The notes under the pieces are model-generated. The model was not told where the DNA came from and did not search any database. It saw only the letters and a program-made list of their open reading frames with translations. A stretch of 44,581 nucleotides of DNA, taken from sequence record PZ445532.1, one strand, 5' to 3'. The stretch is from a phage. This document shows, in pieces, positions 1-8,878 of the stretch; the first letter of the stretch is position 1, and every line of letters starts with the position of its first letter. The translations under genes were made by a program, and so were the position numbers.

Positions 1-1386
1 ATGCGTAACTATGCGGCGGAACACCGCGCACTTGAACGAGAGATCGCAAAGCGCAACCGACCTCCACGCCCAACGCGCGTTGCGCAGGCCGTCCGCCTGT
101 ACCAGCCTGATTGCCTTCCGCACCAAGTGGAACTACTGCGGGACACGAAGACTAAAATCCTCGGCCTGTGTTCTGGCTTCGGTGGTGGAAAGTCATGGGT
201 CGCGGCGCGTAAGGTCATCCAGCTTCTGACACTGAACCCTGGGCATGACGGCATCGTGACCGAGCCGACTATCCCACTCCTGGTTAAAATCATGTATCCG
301 GAATTGGAGAAGGCTTTCGACGAGGCTGGCTTCCGGTGGAAGTTCAACAAGCAGGACAAGATCTATAGCGTTCTGGTGAAAGGCAAATGGACCCGCGTTA
401 TCTGCGAGTCAATGGAGAACTACACCCGCCTAATCGGGGTTAACGCCGCGTGGATTGTTGCCGACGAGTTCGACACCACGAAGCAAGACGTCGCAATGGC
501 GGCTTATCACAAATTGCTCGGTCGTCTGCGTGCGGGCTTCGTCCGCCAGTTCGTCATAGTATCCACGCCTGAAGGCTTCCGGGCGATGTATCAAATTTTC
601 GAGGTGGAGAAGGATAGCCAAAAGCGCCTGATCCGGGCGAAGACCACCGACAACCACCATTTACCGGCAGACTTTATCGACACGCTGCGCAGTCAGTACC
701 CGGCTAACCTGATCGACGCGTACCTGAACGGCCTATTTGTTAACCTTACGTCGGGCGCGGTGTATAAGATGTTCAACCGAGAGGAGAACGCCAGCACCGA
801 AGAAGTACAACCGGAAGACACGCTGATTATCGGAATGGACTTTAACGTCACGAAAATGGCGGCGGTCGTGTACGTCAGACGGCAGCGAGTCGCCGAGAAC
901 AAGGAGTTCCGCGACGAGATTCACGCGGTGGATGAATTTGTGGACCTGTTTGATACCCCGGCTATGATTGAGGCGATCGAGGAGCGCTACCCCGATCATT
1001 GTGCTGCCGGTCGTGTTGTCGTTTACCCGGATAGCAGCGGAAAATCCCGCAAAACGGTCAACGCGTCGTCGTCCGATATCGCGCAACTGGAAGATGCGGG
1101 CTTCGAGGTGGAGTATGACAGTGTTAACCCGCCTGTGAAAGACCGATTGATCGCGATGAATACGATGATGTGCAACTCGAAGGGTGTGCGCCAGTATTTT
1201 GTCAACCTGGATAAATGCCCTACACTAGCGAAATGTCTGGAACAGCAGGTGTACGACCTGAAGAAAGGCGAGCCGGATAAAACTGCCGGTGTGGACCACA
1301 TGAATGACGCAGCGGGCTACCCTATTGCGCACTTGTTCCCTGTGATTCGTCCGATCGCCGTTGTTCCTACCGTAGATTTCTACTAA
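1..1386 (+). CDS. terminase large subunit
   Basis: 461-aa ORF. Walker A-like GFGGGKSW and Walker B-like WIVADEFD motifs. Lies between the small-terminase candidate (which wraps across the window end) and the portal gene. Confidence 0.88.
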   Translation: MRNYAAEHRALEREIAKRNRPPRPTRVAQAVRLYQPDCLPHQVELLRDTKTKILGLCSGFGGGKSWVAARKVIQLLTLNPGHDGIVTEPTIPLLVKIMYPELEKAFDEAGFRWKFNKQDKIYSVLVKGKWTRVICESMENYTRLIGVNAAWIVADEFDTTKQDVAMAAYHKLLGRLRAGFVRQFVIVSTPEGFRAMYQIFEVEKDSQKRLIRAKTTDNHHLPADFIDTLRSQYPANLIDAYLNGLFVNLTSGAVYKMFNREENASTEEVQPEDTLIIGMDFNVTKMAAVVYVRRQRVAENKEFRDEIHAVDEFVDLFDTPAMIEAIEERYPDHCAAGRVVVYPDSSGKSRKTVNASSSDIAQLEDAGFEVEYDSVNPPVKDRLIAMNTMMCNSKGVRQYFVNLDKCPTLAKCLEQQVYDLKKGEPDKTAGVDHMNDAAGYPIAHLFPVIRPIAVVPTVDFY

Positions 1387-1397
1387 GGAAACCGACC

Positions 1398-2918
1398 ATG
1401 ACCGTTAACGTTGACAACCAGCACCCGCTCTATGCGCGCATCGCGCCAGAGTGGAAAATGATCCGTGACTGCGTAGCAGGGGAGCGCGCCGTGAAGGCGT
1501 GCGGCCCCTTGTACCTGCCACACCCCGCAAGCGGCGACACCACCGACCCGAAATCACGGGCACGGTATAAGGCATATAAGCAACGTGCTGTATTCCTGAA
1601 CGCCACCGCCCGCACACTGAATGCGCTGTTAGGGGTCGCCTTCGCCAAACCGGTGAGTATGGACCTTTCCGGGGCAATGGCTGACCTTATTGATGACGTT
1701 GACGGCAGCGGTATGCCGCTGGCGCAACTCCTGCGCGGTGCTATGTCTGAAGTTCTGCAATCAGGCCGTGCCGGGTTTATGGTCGACTACGACCGCCAGG
1801 CGCATTTTGACGAACTGGGTAACGTAGTACCGCAGACAGCCGCTGAAATGGCAGCACACCGCCCGCTTATCCGCCTGTATACGGCTGAACAGATCATTAA
1901 CTGGCGGCAGACCCACGGGGTCGACACGCTAATCGTGCTGAAGGAAACGGACGAAATCAGCACCGAAGACCCGGACGACTTCGCAAACCACGAGGTGACC
2001 ATCTGGACCGAGCTTCGCATGATTGAAGGCAAGGCACACGCCCGCCGCTGGTTTTACAATGCGGACACGTCAGAAGTGCAAATGGACTTGCCGCGGGGAT
2101 TCACCCGCACCGATCTTGTACCACTGGTGGATGCCTCCGGTAATGCGCTTACTCAACTGCCATTTTGCTGGTGTGGCGCGGTGGACAACAACGCGACACC
2201 GGACGCCGCACCACTGGCGGATATTGCATCCATCAACATTAAGCACTACAACGCCGAAGCAGACGTCGCCGAGATTGCGCACATCGTGGGTCAACCTACC
2301 CTCATTGCGACCGGCCTTACCCAGTCATGGGCGGACAAGAACCTGAAAGGCGGCATCGCGCTCGGGGCAACTAAGGGCGTTATCCTGGGCCAGAACATGG
2401 ACGCCAAACTGCTTCAGGCCGAAGAACGAAACCTATCGGTCGCACTGTGTGAACGCCGAGAGTTGCAAATGGCTAAACTGGGCGCGGCCCTTGTCGAGAA
2501 AGGGACCGCACCTAAGACGGCAACCGAGGCGGCTTATGATGCGCAGACTGATAACAGTATCCTGTCTCTGATTGCCGGTAACGTTGAGAAGGCTTTCAAC
2601 CGTGCGCTGCAAATTGTCCAGCTATTCACTGGTGACACCGCCGATCAGCGCGTAACGCTGAACAAGTTCTACACCGAAATCACGGTTGACGCGCAGCTTA
2701 TGACCGCAATGATGGCTGGTGTGCAGACCGGTACGGTCCGTCTGGCGGACTTTATCAAGTGGATGATGGCCCAGGGCGTTATTGACGACTCGCAAACCGT
2801 TGAGCAGGTGGAAGACGAATTGCGAAATCAGAATCCATTGCCTCAAATGTCCCCGGATGCGGTAGAATCTACCGAAGAAGACCCGGACAAGGTAGCGGAC
2901 AATGGCGAAGACAATTAA
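1398..2918 (+). CDS. portal protein
   Basis: 506-aa ORF directly after the large terminase. RBS AAGGAAA 6 nt upstream. Acidic C-terminus. Call rests on size and gene order. Confidence 0.8.
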   Translation: MTVNVDNQHPLYARIAPEWKMIRDCVAGERAVKACGPLYLPHPASGDTTDPKSRARYKAYKQRAVFLNATARTLNALLGVAFAKPVSMDLSGAMADLIDDVDGSGMPLAQLLRGAMSEVLQSGRAGFMVDYDRQAHFDELGNVVPQTAAEMAAHRPLIRLYTAEQIINWRQTHGVDTLIVLKETDEISTEDPDDFANHEVTIWTELRMIEGKAHARRWFYNADTSEVQMDLPRGFTRTDLVPLVDASGNALTQLPFCWCGAVDNNATPDAAPLADIASINIKHYNAEADVAEIAHIVGQPTLIATGLTQSWADKNLKGGIALGATKGVILGQNMDAKLLQAEERNLSVALCERRELQMAKLGAALVEKGTAPKTATEAAYDAQTDNSILSLIAGNVEKAFNRALQIVQLFTGDTADQRVTLNKFYTEITVDAQLMTAMMAGVQTGTVRLADFIKWMMAQGVIDDSQTVEQVEDELRNQNPLPQMSPDAVESTEEDPDKVADNGEDN

Positions 2919-4005
2919 TCAATATATGGCGGATCGAATGATCCGCCGACACATCTTCACCCAGCGCCTGAGCAATGACCAGGCGCGAAGGGTGCTGGCT
3001 ATGTGGGAGAAGTTCCGGCCTACGTTACTGGGAAAGCTGACTGAGTTGCTTGATGGCAAATCGTCAATGAACAACAAGGCACTTTCAACCCTGCTAACGC
3101 AACTCGACAAGACCGTTAAAACAGAACTGCGCACCGAGTTTAAGGCGTTGGCTGAAAGCCTTCAGGAGTTTGCCGACACCGAGGCCGATTATCTCGCCGA
3201 CACATTAACGGCAGCGATCCAGCCGGTGGTCGCCGTACCGGCGGTCGAGGTGGTTGGCGTAGTGACCGGTGCGCAGATCGCAGCGACGGCAATTAAAAAC
3301 CCGTTCCAGGGTAATACGATGATGCAATGGCCTGACTCACTTTCTGAGTGGACCAGGACGCAGATCGGCAATCAGGTGCGCGCCGGATTCATCCAGGGCA
3401 AGCCGACTATGGAAATTATTGCGGACGTGAGGCGCGCGCTCGGCGGTCGTAGTGCGCAAGCTATCTCGAGCGTTGTTAAATCCGCAGTAAACCACTATGC
3501 GGCGACTGCCCGCGAACTAATGGTAAAAGCAAATGACGATATTCTCGAAGGTCGCCAATGGTTATCTACATTGGACACGCATACTTCTCCCATGTGCCAG
3601 CTACGCGATCGCCTGTTTTATCCGGTTGATGTTACTCCCGACACCAAAGGAAAGCGCGGCGGGAAAGTGGTGGCTGGATCACAATATGGCGCTGGTCCAG
3701 GCAAGCTACATTATTGCTGCCGTTCGACGGAGACGTGGAAAGTCAAAGGTATGGAAGATTGGCCCAGTGGTAAGCGTCCGGCACTGAAGGCTGACGCGGG
3801 GCGATTGCTGAGTGAGCAGGTCGACGCGCAGACTGATTTCTTCTCATGGGTGCAGCGCCAGCCGCGCCATATCCTGGAGGAATTATACGGGGTGCAACGC
3901 GCCGACCAGATTATGCGCGGCGTGAAAGTCCCGAAGATGTTCACCGATTCCGGCGAACTAATGACTATCGCACAGCTTAAAAACCGGGGGTTATGGCGTG
4001 ATTAA
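2902..4005 (+). CDS. head morphogenesis protein (minor head protein, SPP1 gp7 / Mu F-like)
   Basis: 367-aa ORF overlapping the portal stop. Typical position after the portal gene. Confidence 0.6.
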   Translation: MAKTINQYMADRMIRRHIFTQRLSNDQARRVLAMWEKFRPTLLGKLTELLDGKSSMNNKALSTLLTQLDKTVKTELRTEFKALAESLQEFADTEADYLADTLTAAIQPVVAVPAVEVVGVVTGAQIAATAIKNPFQGNTMMQWPDSLSEWTRTQIGNQVRAGFIQGKPTMEIIADVRRALGGRSAQAISSVVKSAVNHYAATARELMVKANDDILEGRQWLSTLDTHTSPMCQLRDRLFYPVDVTPDTKGKRGGKVVAGSQYGAGPGKLHYCCRSTETWKVKGMEDWPSGKRPALKADAGRLLSEQVDAQTDFFSWVQRQPRHILEELYGVQRADQIMRGVKVPKMFTDSGELMTIAQLKNRGLWRD

Positions 4006-4327
4006 ATATGCGGCTATTGGACTGGTTATGGGTCTGGCGGTAGGATTCTGGCTAGGTGACTCCTACCGCGCTGGCGTAGTGGCGAAGGCGGCGCAAGAAG
4101 CGCAATCCCAAGCCCAACGGCAGCAAACTAAAGTAATTGAGCGCTCCGTGCAGGCAGAACAAGCCCGCGACGTGGAATACCGGACTATCACAAAAGAGGT
4201 TGTTAAATATGTTACGCGCCCTAACCGCCCTGATTGTAGTTTTGACGCTGAGCGCGTGCGGATCAAGCAGCGTGCCGTTGATGCCGCTAACGGAATCGGC
4301 ACTGCGACCGCCGTGCAAGTTCGATAA
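3998..4327 (+). CDS. i-spanin (Rz-like inner-membrane spanin component)
   Basis: GTG start. N-terminal transmembrane helix IGLVMGLAVGFWLG followed by a charged Gln/Ala-rich coiled-coil-like region. Overlapped in the +1 frame by a lipoprotein ORF. Confidence 0.6.
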   Translation: MIKYAAIGLVMGLAVGFWLGDSYRAGVVAKAAQEAQSQAQRQQTKVIERSVQAEQARDVEYRTITKEVVKYVTRPNRPDCSFDAERVRIKQRAVDAANGIGTATAVQVR

Positions 4328-4439
4328 CCCGTCTGCGGACCCCGACGAAGATTTGATGATTGACGTGAAAAATATGGAATGCGGGGCGAAGCTAAGGGCG
4401 CAGGTGCTGGAGTTGCAGCAAATAATTAAGGGGCCATAA
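4209..4439 (+). CDS. o-spanin (Rz1-like outer-membrane lipoprotein)
   Basis: 76-aa ORF in the +1 frame relative to the i-spanin. Signal peptide with lipobox LTLSAC|GSS, proline-rich mature part. RBS AAGAGG upstream. Confidence 0.62.
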   Translation: MLRALTALIVVLTLSACGSSSVPLMPLTESALRPPCKFDNPSADPDEDLMIDVKNMECGAKLRAQVLELQQIIKGP

Positions 4440-4451
4440 TGGCCCCTTTTT
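4430..4451. terminator. bidirectional rho-independent terminator
   Basis: GGGGCC-ATAAT-GGCCCC followed by TTTTT. The reverse complement is also followed by a T-rich tract. Sits between convergent genes. Confidence 0.7.
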
Positions 4452-4453
4452 CG

Positions 4454-5218
4454 TTAGCGCGGAATGCCGCAAATCTCGTTGAGTGTTTTCACATCCAGCG
4501 CCACCGCCGTGGATTTTGGCTTGTCCGGGTATGGGATGAATTGCTCAACTTCAGGCCATGCTTTAATCAGCTTCTTGTCAGTATTGTGCAGGTCCAGCAC
4601 ACCGGTAACGGTGAGTTTGAACGCGTCATACTTAGCACGCAACTCACGGCGGGCCTGGTCGTTACGGTCCAGGCGCTTACAGAAGTCATGGTCCGCAGGG
4701 TAATCTGCGCGACCGCGTGGGAGATATATCGGCAGCGCTTTCCCGTCCTCGTCCACTTCGCACACTGACGCGAGCATAACTGTCTCGAACCCCGGAACGA
4801 TATCGCCGAGATCAGGCGCGAGCTTATTCATATATTTCTCTTCCCAGTATCCGCGATGTACGCGGTATTGGTGACCGTCACCGCTCAAGGACAAGGTGCG
4901 AACATTTCCGCCTGCGTTGATTTCGAAAGTGGCGTCGTAAACGCTGCCGATACCTTTCGGGCGGTCGGTGTTATAACTATATGTCGCCTTGTTGGTATAT
5001 ACACTGACGCCGTACATCTGCGACGGGTCATCGACGATTGCGGCAATGCGCTCTAGTAGCTTGGCGAACGTGCGAATGCCTTCCGGCATACAGTCCAGCG
5101 TAATGGCATAAGCCAGGTCGCGCGAGTCCGTCATGATTTGTTTGGCTTCGGTTGCGATTTCGTGGTCGCGCAGGATGTTAGCCAGAATCTGATTTTTAAT
5201 GTCTTTAGTCAGTCTCAT
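4454..5218 (-). CDS. hypothetical protein (second gene of antisense cassette)
   Basis: 254-aa ORF. RBS GAGGA 7 nt upstream of the ATG. No recognisable motif. Co-oriented with the DnaN-like gene. Confidence 0.6.
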   Translation of the reverse strand: MRLTKDIKNQILANILRDHEIATEAKQIMTDSRDLAYAITLDCMPEGIRTFAKLLERIAAIVDDPSQMYGVSVYTNKATYSYNTDRPKGIGSVYDATFEINAGGNVRTLSLSGDGHQYRVHRGYWEEKYMNKLAPDLGDIVPGFETVMLASVCEVDEDGKALPIYLPRGRADYPADHDFCKRLDRNDQARRELRAKYDAFKLTVTGVLDLHNTDKKLIKAWPEVEQFIPYPDKPKSTAVALDVKTLNEICGIPR

Positions 5219-5299
5219 TTTTGTGTCCTCGTTGTTGGGGCTTTCGCCCCGTTTGGTTTAGTTAAACTTGATGTTGCCGCCAATAGGGTGCTTTGTTAG

Positions 5300-5818
5300 C
5301 TACAAACGCATCGGCATGATAACAAGGAAGGCACCGCCTTTGAACAGCACACGTGTCGCCTTGTCTACTCCCTGAAATTCCAGTTTTAAGCTATCAAACT
5401 TACGGTCGAACAATTTAGCAATTTTGCAGGCGTCGGACAGGTATACCCCGGCAAACCCTATAGCCTCCACTTTAGCGCTGTCGAAAGACGTAACACGACG
5501 CCAGTCTGGGAATCTGCCGTCTATGATCTCTACGGGTATGGTACCGATTAATACGTCTTTACTATCAAAGAACGCAGCGGATGTGCCGTCTATGTTGCAG
5601 TATTCGAATTTTGTAGGTAAGCGGCCTTTAATTGCTACTATTTTACTTTCACCTTCGGGAACAACCGCGGACCCGCAGAACAAACGATGACCGTCGGTGG
5701 CCACGATGAATCCTTTCTCGTCGAAAAATACACCATTCAGATAGTACCGCACGTCATTAGTTGCGGCGCACATCATAGCGGCTTTAAGATCGGCATAGTT
5801 AACTTTAATCATTGTCAT
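5300..5818 (-). CDS. truncated beta-sliding-clamp (DnaN) homologue, domain II plus C-terminal segment
   Basis: 172 aa from MTMIKVNY (internal start of the 5300..6259 ORF, RBS GAGGAA). Contains DVRYYLNGVFF, ATDGHRL, DGRFPDWRRV and C-terminal VIMPMRL. These match the conserved E. coli DnaN blocks DVRYYLNGMLF, ATDGHRLA, DGRFPDYRRV and C-terminal VVMPMRL (recalled from memory). Confidence 0.7.
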   Translation of the reverse strand: MTMIKVNYADLKAAMMCAATNDVRYYLNGVFFDEKGFIVATDGHRLFCGSAVVPEGESKIVAIKGRLPTKFEYCNIDGTSAAFFDSKDVLIGTIPVEIIDGRFPDWRRVTSFDSAKVEAIGFAGVYLSDACKIAKLFDRKFDSLKLEFQGVDKATRVLFKGGAFLVIMPMRL

Positions 5819-5960
5819 TTCCTCATGTTGGTGTGCAACCAATATACTGCAACCAACATACGCAATGCAAGCGAATTTTGCGATTATTTTTATCACTGAT
5901 AATATTAGAGGCGTGAAGTCGAGCGGGTGGCCCGCTCTGCCACAATCCCAGGGGGATAGC

Positions 5961-6662
5961 ATGAAACTTACTAAAGCAGAATATGACGCGTTGCCGGAAG
6001 GTATGAAGGCGCTTTTTGTCGCCGATGGTGATGGGTATAAATCAACGTTCATGACCGCCGAAGAAGTACAGGCGGAGATCAAGGGTCTGAAAGACAACAA
6101 CGCGAAGCTGGTTAGCGAGAAGAAAGCAGAAGCCGAACGCCGCGCCGAAGCTGAGCGCCTTGCGAAAGAGAAAGAGGAAGCCGCCGCGCGCAAAAATGGC
6201 GACCTCGAAGCGATCGACAAGTCCTGGAAAGATAAGTTTGCAAAACACGAAGCAGACACATCGGGAAAAATCGAAGCCTACCGCAAGCAGATCCACGATC
6301 TAACCATCGGCAGCGCTGCCAAAGACCTGGCGTCGAAGCTATTCGGTAAGAATGCGGGCATCATGCAACGCCACGTTATGGACCGCCTGACGCTGGAGGA
6401 CGGCGAAGACGGCAGCTTGAAGGTGCGCGTCCTGCAGGATGGCAAACCGTCCGCGCTAACTATGGAAGAGCTTGAAAAAGAGTTCCGTAATAACGCCGAT
6501 TTTGCATCCGTCCTGGCTGGCACGCCAGCCGGTGGTGCGCCGAGCAAACCGACGCATGTTGTCGAAGATGTGAAGTCGAAAATCTCTATGGGCCACAGCT
6601 TCGGCATCACCGATCTGACGAAACAGGCTGGTGAAATCATCGCTAAAATGGGCGACGAGTAA
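5961..6662 (+). CDS. head scaffolding protein (putative)
   Basis: 233 aa from MKLTKAEYD (RBS GGGGGA). Charged, Ala/Glu/Lys-rich coiled-coil-like sequence directly upstream of the major capsid gene. Confidence 0.55.
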   Translation: MKLTKAEYDALPEGMKALFVADGDGYKSTFMTAEEVQAEIKGLKDNNAKLVSEKKAEAERRAEAERLAKEKEEAAARKNGDLEAIDKSWKDKFAKHEADTSGKIEAYRKQIHDLTIGSAAKDLASKLFGKNAGIMQRHVMDRLTLEDGEDGSLKVRVLQDGKPSALTMEELEKEFRNNADFASVLAGTPAGGAPSKPTHVVEDVKSKISMGHSFGITDLTKQAGEIIAKMGDE

Positions 6663-6666
6663 GCAA

Positions 6667-6691
6667 ATTGCCCGCGAAAGCGGGCAATTTT
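6667..6691 (+). terminator. hairpin, possible attenuator between scaffold and capsid genes
   Basis: ATTGCCCGC-GAAA-GCGGGCAAT followed by TTTTG. Confidence 0.4.
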
Positions 6692-6759
6692 GCGAGCGCG
6701 TAAATCTAAGGTAACATTAACGGTACTGGGCGAATGCTCACAACTCAAAGGATTTCGAT

Positions 6760-7860
6760 ATGTCTTTAACAGTGTTCCAGCGTAAACTCGTCACCGCGGT
6801 TACGCAAATGATCCCCGACAACCTGAACGTGTTCAACGCTGCCGCTAACGGCGCTGTTGTTCTCGGCACGGGTGAAGTGCTGAAGGACGTTGTAGAAAAA
6901 ATGTCCGTAGGCTTGATCGCCAACCTCGTTACCGACCGTAACGCCTATGCCCCCGTCGGTACTCCGGCGACAGCAAAAGTGCTGGCGCGTATGCTGACCA
7001 ACTCCGTTAACCTGTCCGCGAAAGTGGGTCCGGTAGCAATCACTAAGGCTATGATGGCTAAAATCGAAACCAACGTTAACAGCGTTGCGGCTGAGATTGC
7101 GGCACAGGCTACTCAAGCGATTATGCTGCATTACCTGAAGGCTGGCATCGGCGCAAGTAAAGCGGCGATCGAGAGCAACGCAGCGGCAAAATACACCCAA
7201 CCGGCGCGCGTTGACGGCGTTGGCGGTCGTACCTTCCCGACCCTGGCAGACTTCCCGCTGGCGGCTTCTAAGTTCGGCGATCAGGCGTCTTTGATTAAGT
7301 CCTGGTTTATGGACGGCGTCACCTGGGCAAACTTCATTGCGTACCAGGCACTCCCTTCCGCTGAACAGGTATTCGCAATTGGCGATCTCCAGGTAATGGG
7401 TGATGGCCTGGGCCGTCGCTTCATTATCTCCGATGCCGCTGCCGATGCTATGGGCACGGGTAACATGCTGGGTCTGGTCCCTGGCGCGGTTGCAGTTACC
7501 ACCAACGGTCTTGATATGCTGGCGCAGGAGAAAGGCGGTAACGAGAACATCGAACGTTGGTGGCAGGGCGAGTTCGACTTCAACGTGGCGGTTAAAGGCT
7601 ATCGTCTGAAGGCGTCCGCACGTACTCCGGTCGAAGGTGTTCGCTCGTTCAAACTGTCCGACATCACCACTTCCGCTAACTGGGAACTGGACCAGGGCCA
7701 GGTAGACAACGCCCCTGCAACCGTGCAGGACGTTGGCGCTGTTGGTGATGGCGATACTAAAGGCCGTCGTAAGACCCAGGCCGCACAGGAAGTGCCGACC
7801 CGTCACATCAAGGAAACGGCGGGCGTACTGGTTACGCTGACTGCGACCAAAGCGTCCTGA
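6760..7860 (+). CDS. major capsid protein
   Basis: 366-aa ORF after the scaffold gene, followed by a strong terminator. RBS AAAGGA. Confidence 0.7.
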   Translation: MSLTVFQRKLVTAVTQMIPDNLNVFNAAANGAVVLGTGEVLKDVVEKMSVGLIANLVTDRNAYAPVGTPATAKVLARMLTNSVNLSAKVGPVAITKAMMAKIETNVNSVAAEIAAQATQAIMLHYLKAGIGASKAAIESNAAAKYTQPARVDGVGGRTFPTLADFPLAASKFGDQASLIKSWFMDGVTWANFIAYQALPSAEQVFAIGDLQVMGDGLGRRFIISDAAADAMGTGNMLGLVPGAVAVTTNGLDMLAQEKGGNENIERWWQGEFDFNVAVKGYRLKASARTPVEGVRSFKLSDITTSANWELDQGQVDNAPATVQDVGAVGDGDTKGRRKTQAAQEVPTRHIKETAGVLVTLTATKAS

Positions 7861-7878
7861 TCTACGCACATCCCAAAT

Positions 7879-7903
7879 GGGCGGGCTTATGCCCGCCTTT
7901 TTT
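7879..7903 (+). terminator. rho-independent terminator
   Basis: GGGCGGGC-TTAT-GCCCGCC followed by TTTTTT. Confidence 0.8.
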
Positions 7904-7918
7904 ATAGGAGCAAATAAG

Positions 7919-8419
7919 ATGTATGGCGACCCGCAAACATTTGTTGTTTATGCCGCGGCGCGAGGCGTTGAAATTACGCAGAGCGACGCAACGCGACACC
8001 TTACCATTGTTAATGACTTCCTTAACGGCATCGACTGGATCGGCGAACAAGCGGACCCGACCGGAATTGACGCATGGCCCCGCGTCAACTACCCGTCAGA
8101 CGGTAAGCCGGTGCAAAACACACTTACTGAAGATTTGACAGTAGTTCCGGCGGGGCAGATTGTAGACTTCGCATCAATCCCTGTTGCCGTTGAGCAAGCA
8201 GTTTACCGGCTGGCAATGTTGGTGGCGGACGATGTTGATATTTCTCCGGTCAGCGATGGTAAGGAGACTATCCGTGAAACGGTAGGCCCGATCACGATGG
8301 AGTATGACGCCGCGACGATTGGTAGCGGTGTATCTTTCCCGTGGTGGGATGGCTTGCTGGGCTACTGGGTGAATGTAGACGGCAACGCAGCGGGTAATTT
8401 TGACGTATTCCGGGGGTGA
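7919..8419 (+). CDS. structural protein, possible head-tail connector/adaptor
   Basis: 166 aa from MYGDPQTF (RBS AGGAG). The ORF-track start at 7877 lies inside the terminator. Function from position only. Confidence 0.5.
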   Translation: MYGDPQTFVVYAAARGVEITQSDATRHLTIVNDFLNGIDWIGEQADPTGIDAWPRVNYPSDGKPVQNTLTEDLTVVPAGQIVDFASIPVAVEQAVYRLAMLVADDVDISPVSDGKETIRETVGPITMEYDAATIGSGVSFPWWDGLLGYWVNVDGNAAGNFDVFRG

Positions 8420-8523
8420 TATGAATCCTGCATTACTGGCGGCTATTATCGCCGCAAATACTAAACGCCAACAAGAACCTGAACCAGCGCCAGAACCGGA
8501 ACCACCGGTGCAGGAGGATGAAA

Positions 8524-8877
8524 ATGGCGGGCATTAATTACGCGGGCTTAAAGCGGAAAGTCAATCAGCTGATTAAAAAGTACGGCATGACGACTAAGGT
8601 GATGCGTCCTGGTACAGTCGACCGCGTAGACGGCGACGAAGTGGTCACCCCGCCGACCTCGTTTGACGTCATCGGTCTTCGCGAGGAGTACAAGCCTAGC
8701 GAGATCGACGGAACGCGTATCGTTGCCGGTGATGTGAAGTTTTTATGTCGGGCGGTTGAGCAATTGCGGGTGGGCGACCTGGTTAACCTGAACGGCACTG
8801 ACTACCGGGTCATCAACCCTAACCCACTGCAACCGGCGGGAACTACCATGCTGTTTCAACTACAGCTAAGGGGCTAA
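8524..8877 (+). CDS. structural protein, possible head completion protein
   Basis: ORF 8518..8877. The second ATG at 8524 has better spacing from RBS AGGAGG. Confidence 0.5.
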   Translation: MAGINYAGLKRKVNQLIKKYGMTTKVMRPGTVDRVDGDEVVTPPTSFDVIGLREEYKPSEIDGTRIVAGDVKFLCRAVEQLRVGDLVNLNGTDYRVINPNPLQPAGTTMLFQLQLRG

Positions 8878-8878
8878 C

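Noticed and set aside
5819-6259. N-terminal 147 codons of the 319-aa minus-strand ORF 5300..6259
   Set aside because: This part is low-complexity Ser/Ala/Phe/Arg-rich sequence antisense to the scaffold gene. A good RBS and the DnaN-like homology both start at the internal ATG at 5818, so the gene was called as 5300..5818.
6766-7869. 367-aa minus-strand ORF
   Set aside because: Exactly antisense to the major capsid gene. Cys/Arg/His-rich, typical of a GC-rich antisense frame. No RBS context.
8421-8537. 38-codon ORF (MNPALLAAIIAANTKRQQEPEPAPEPEPPVQEDENGGH)
   Set aside because: No RBS. It overlaps the RBS and start of the 8524 gene, so it is probably just untranslated leader sequence.
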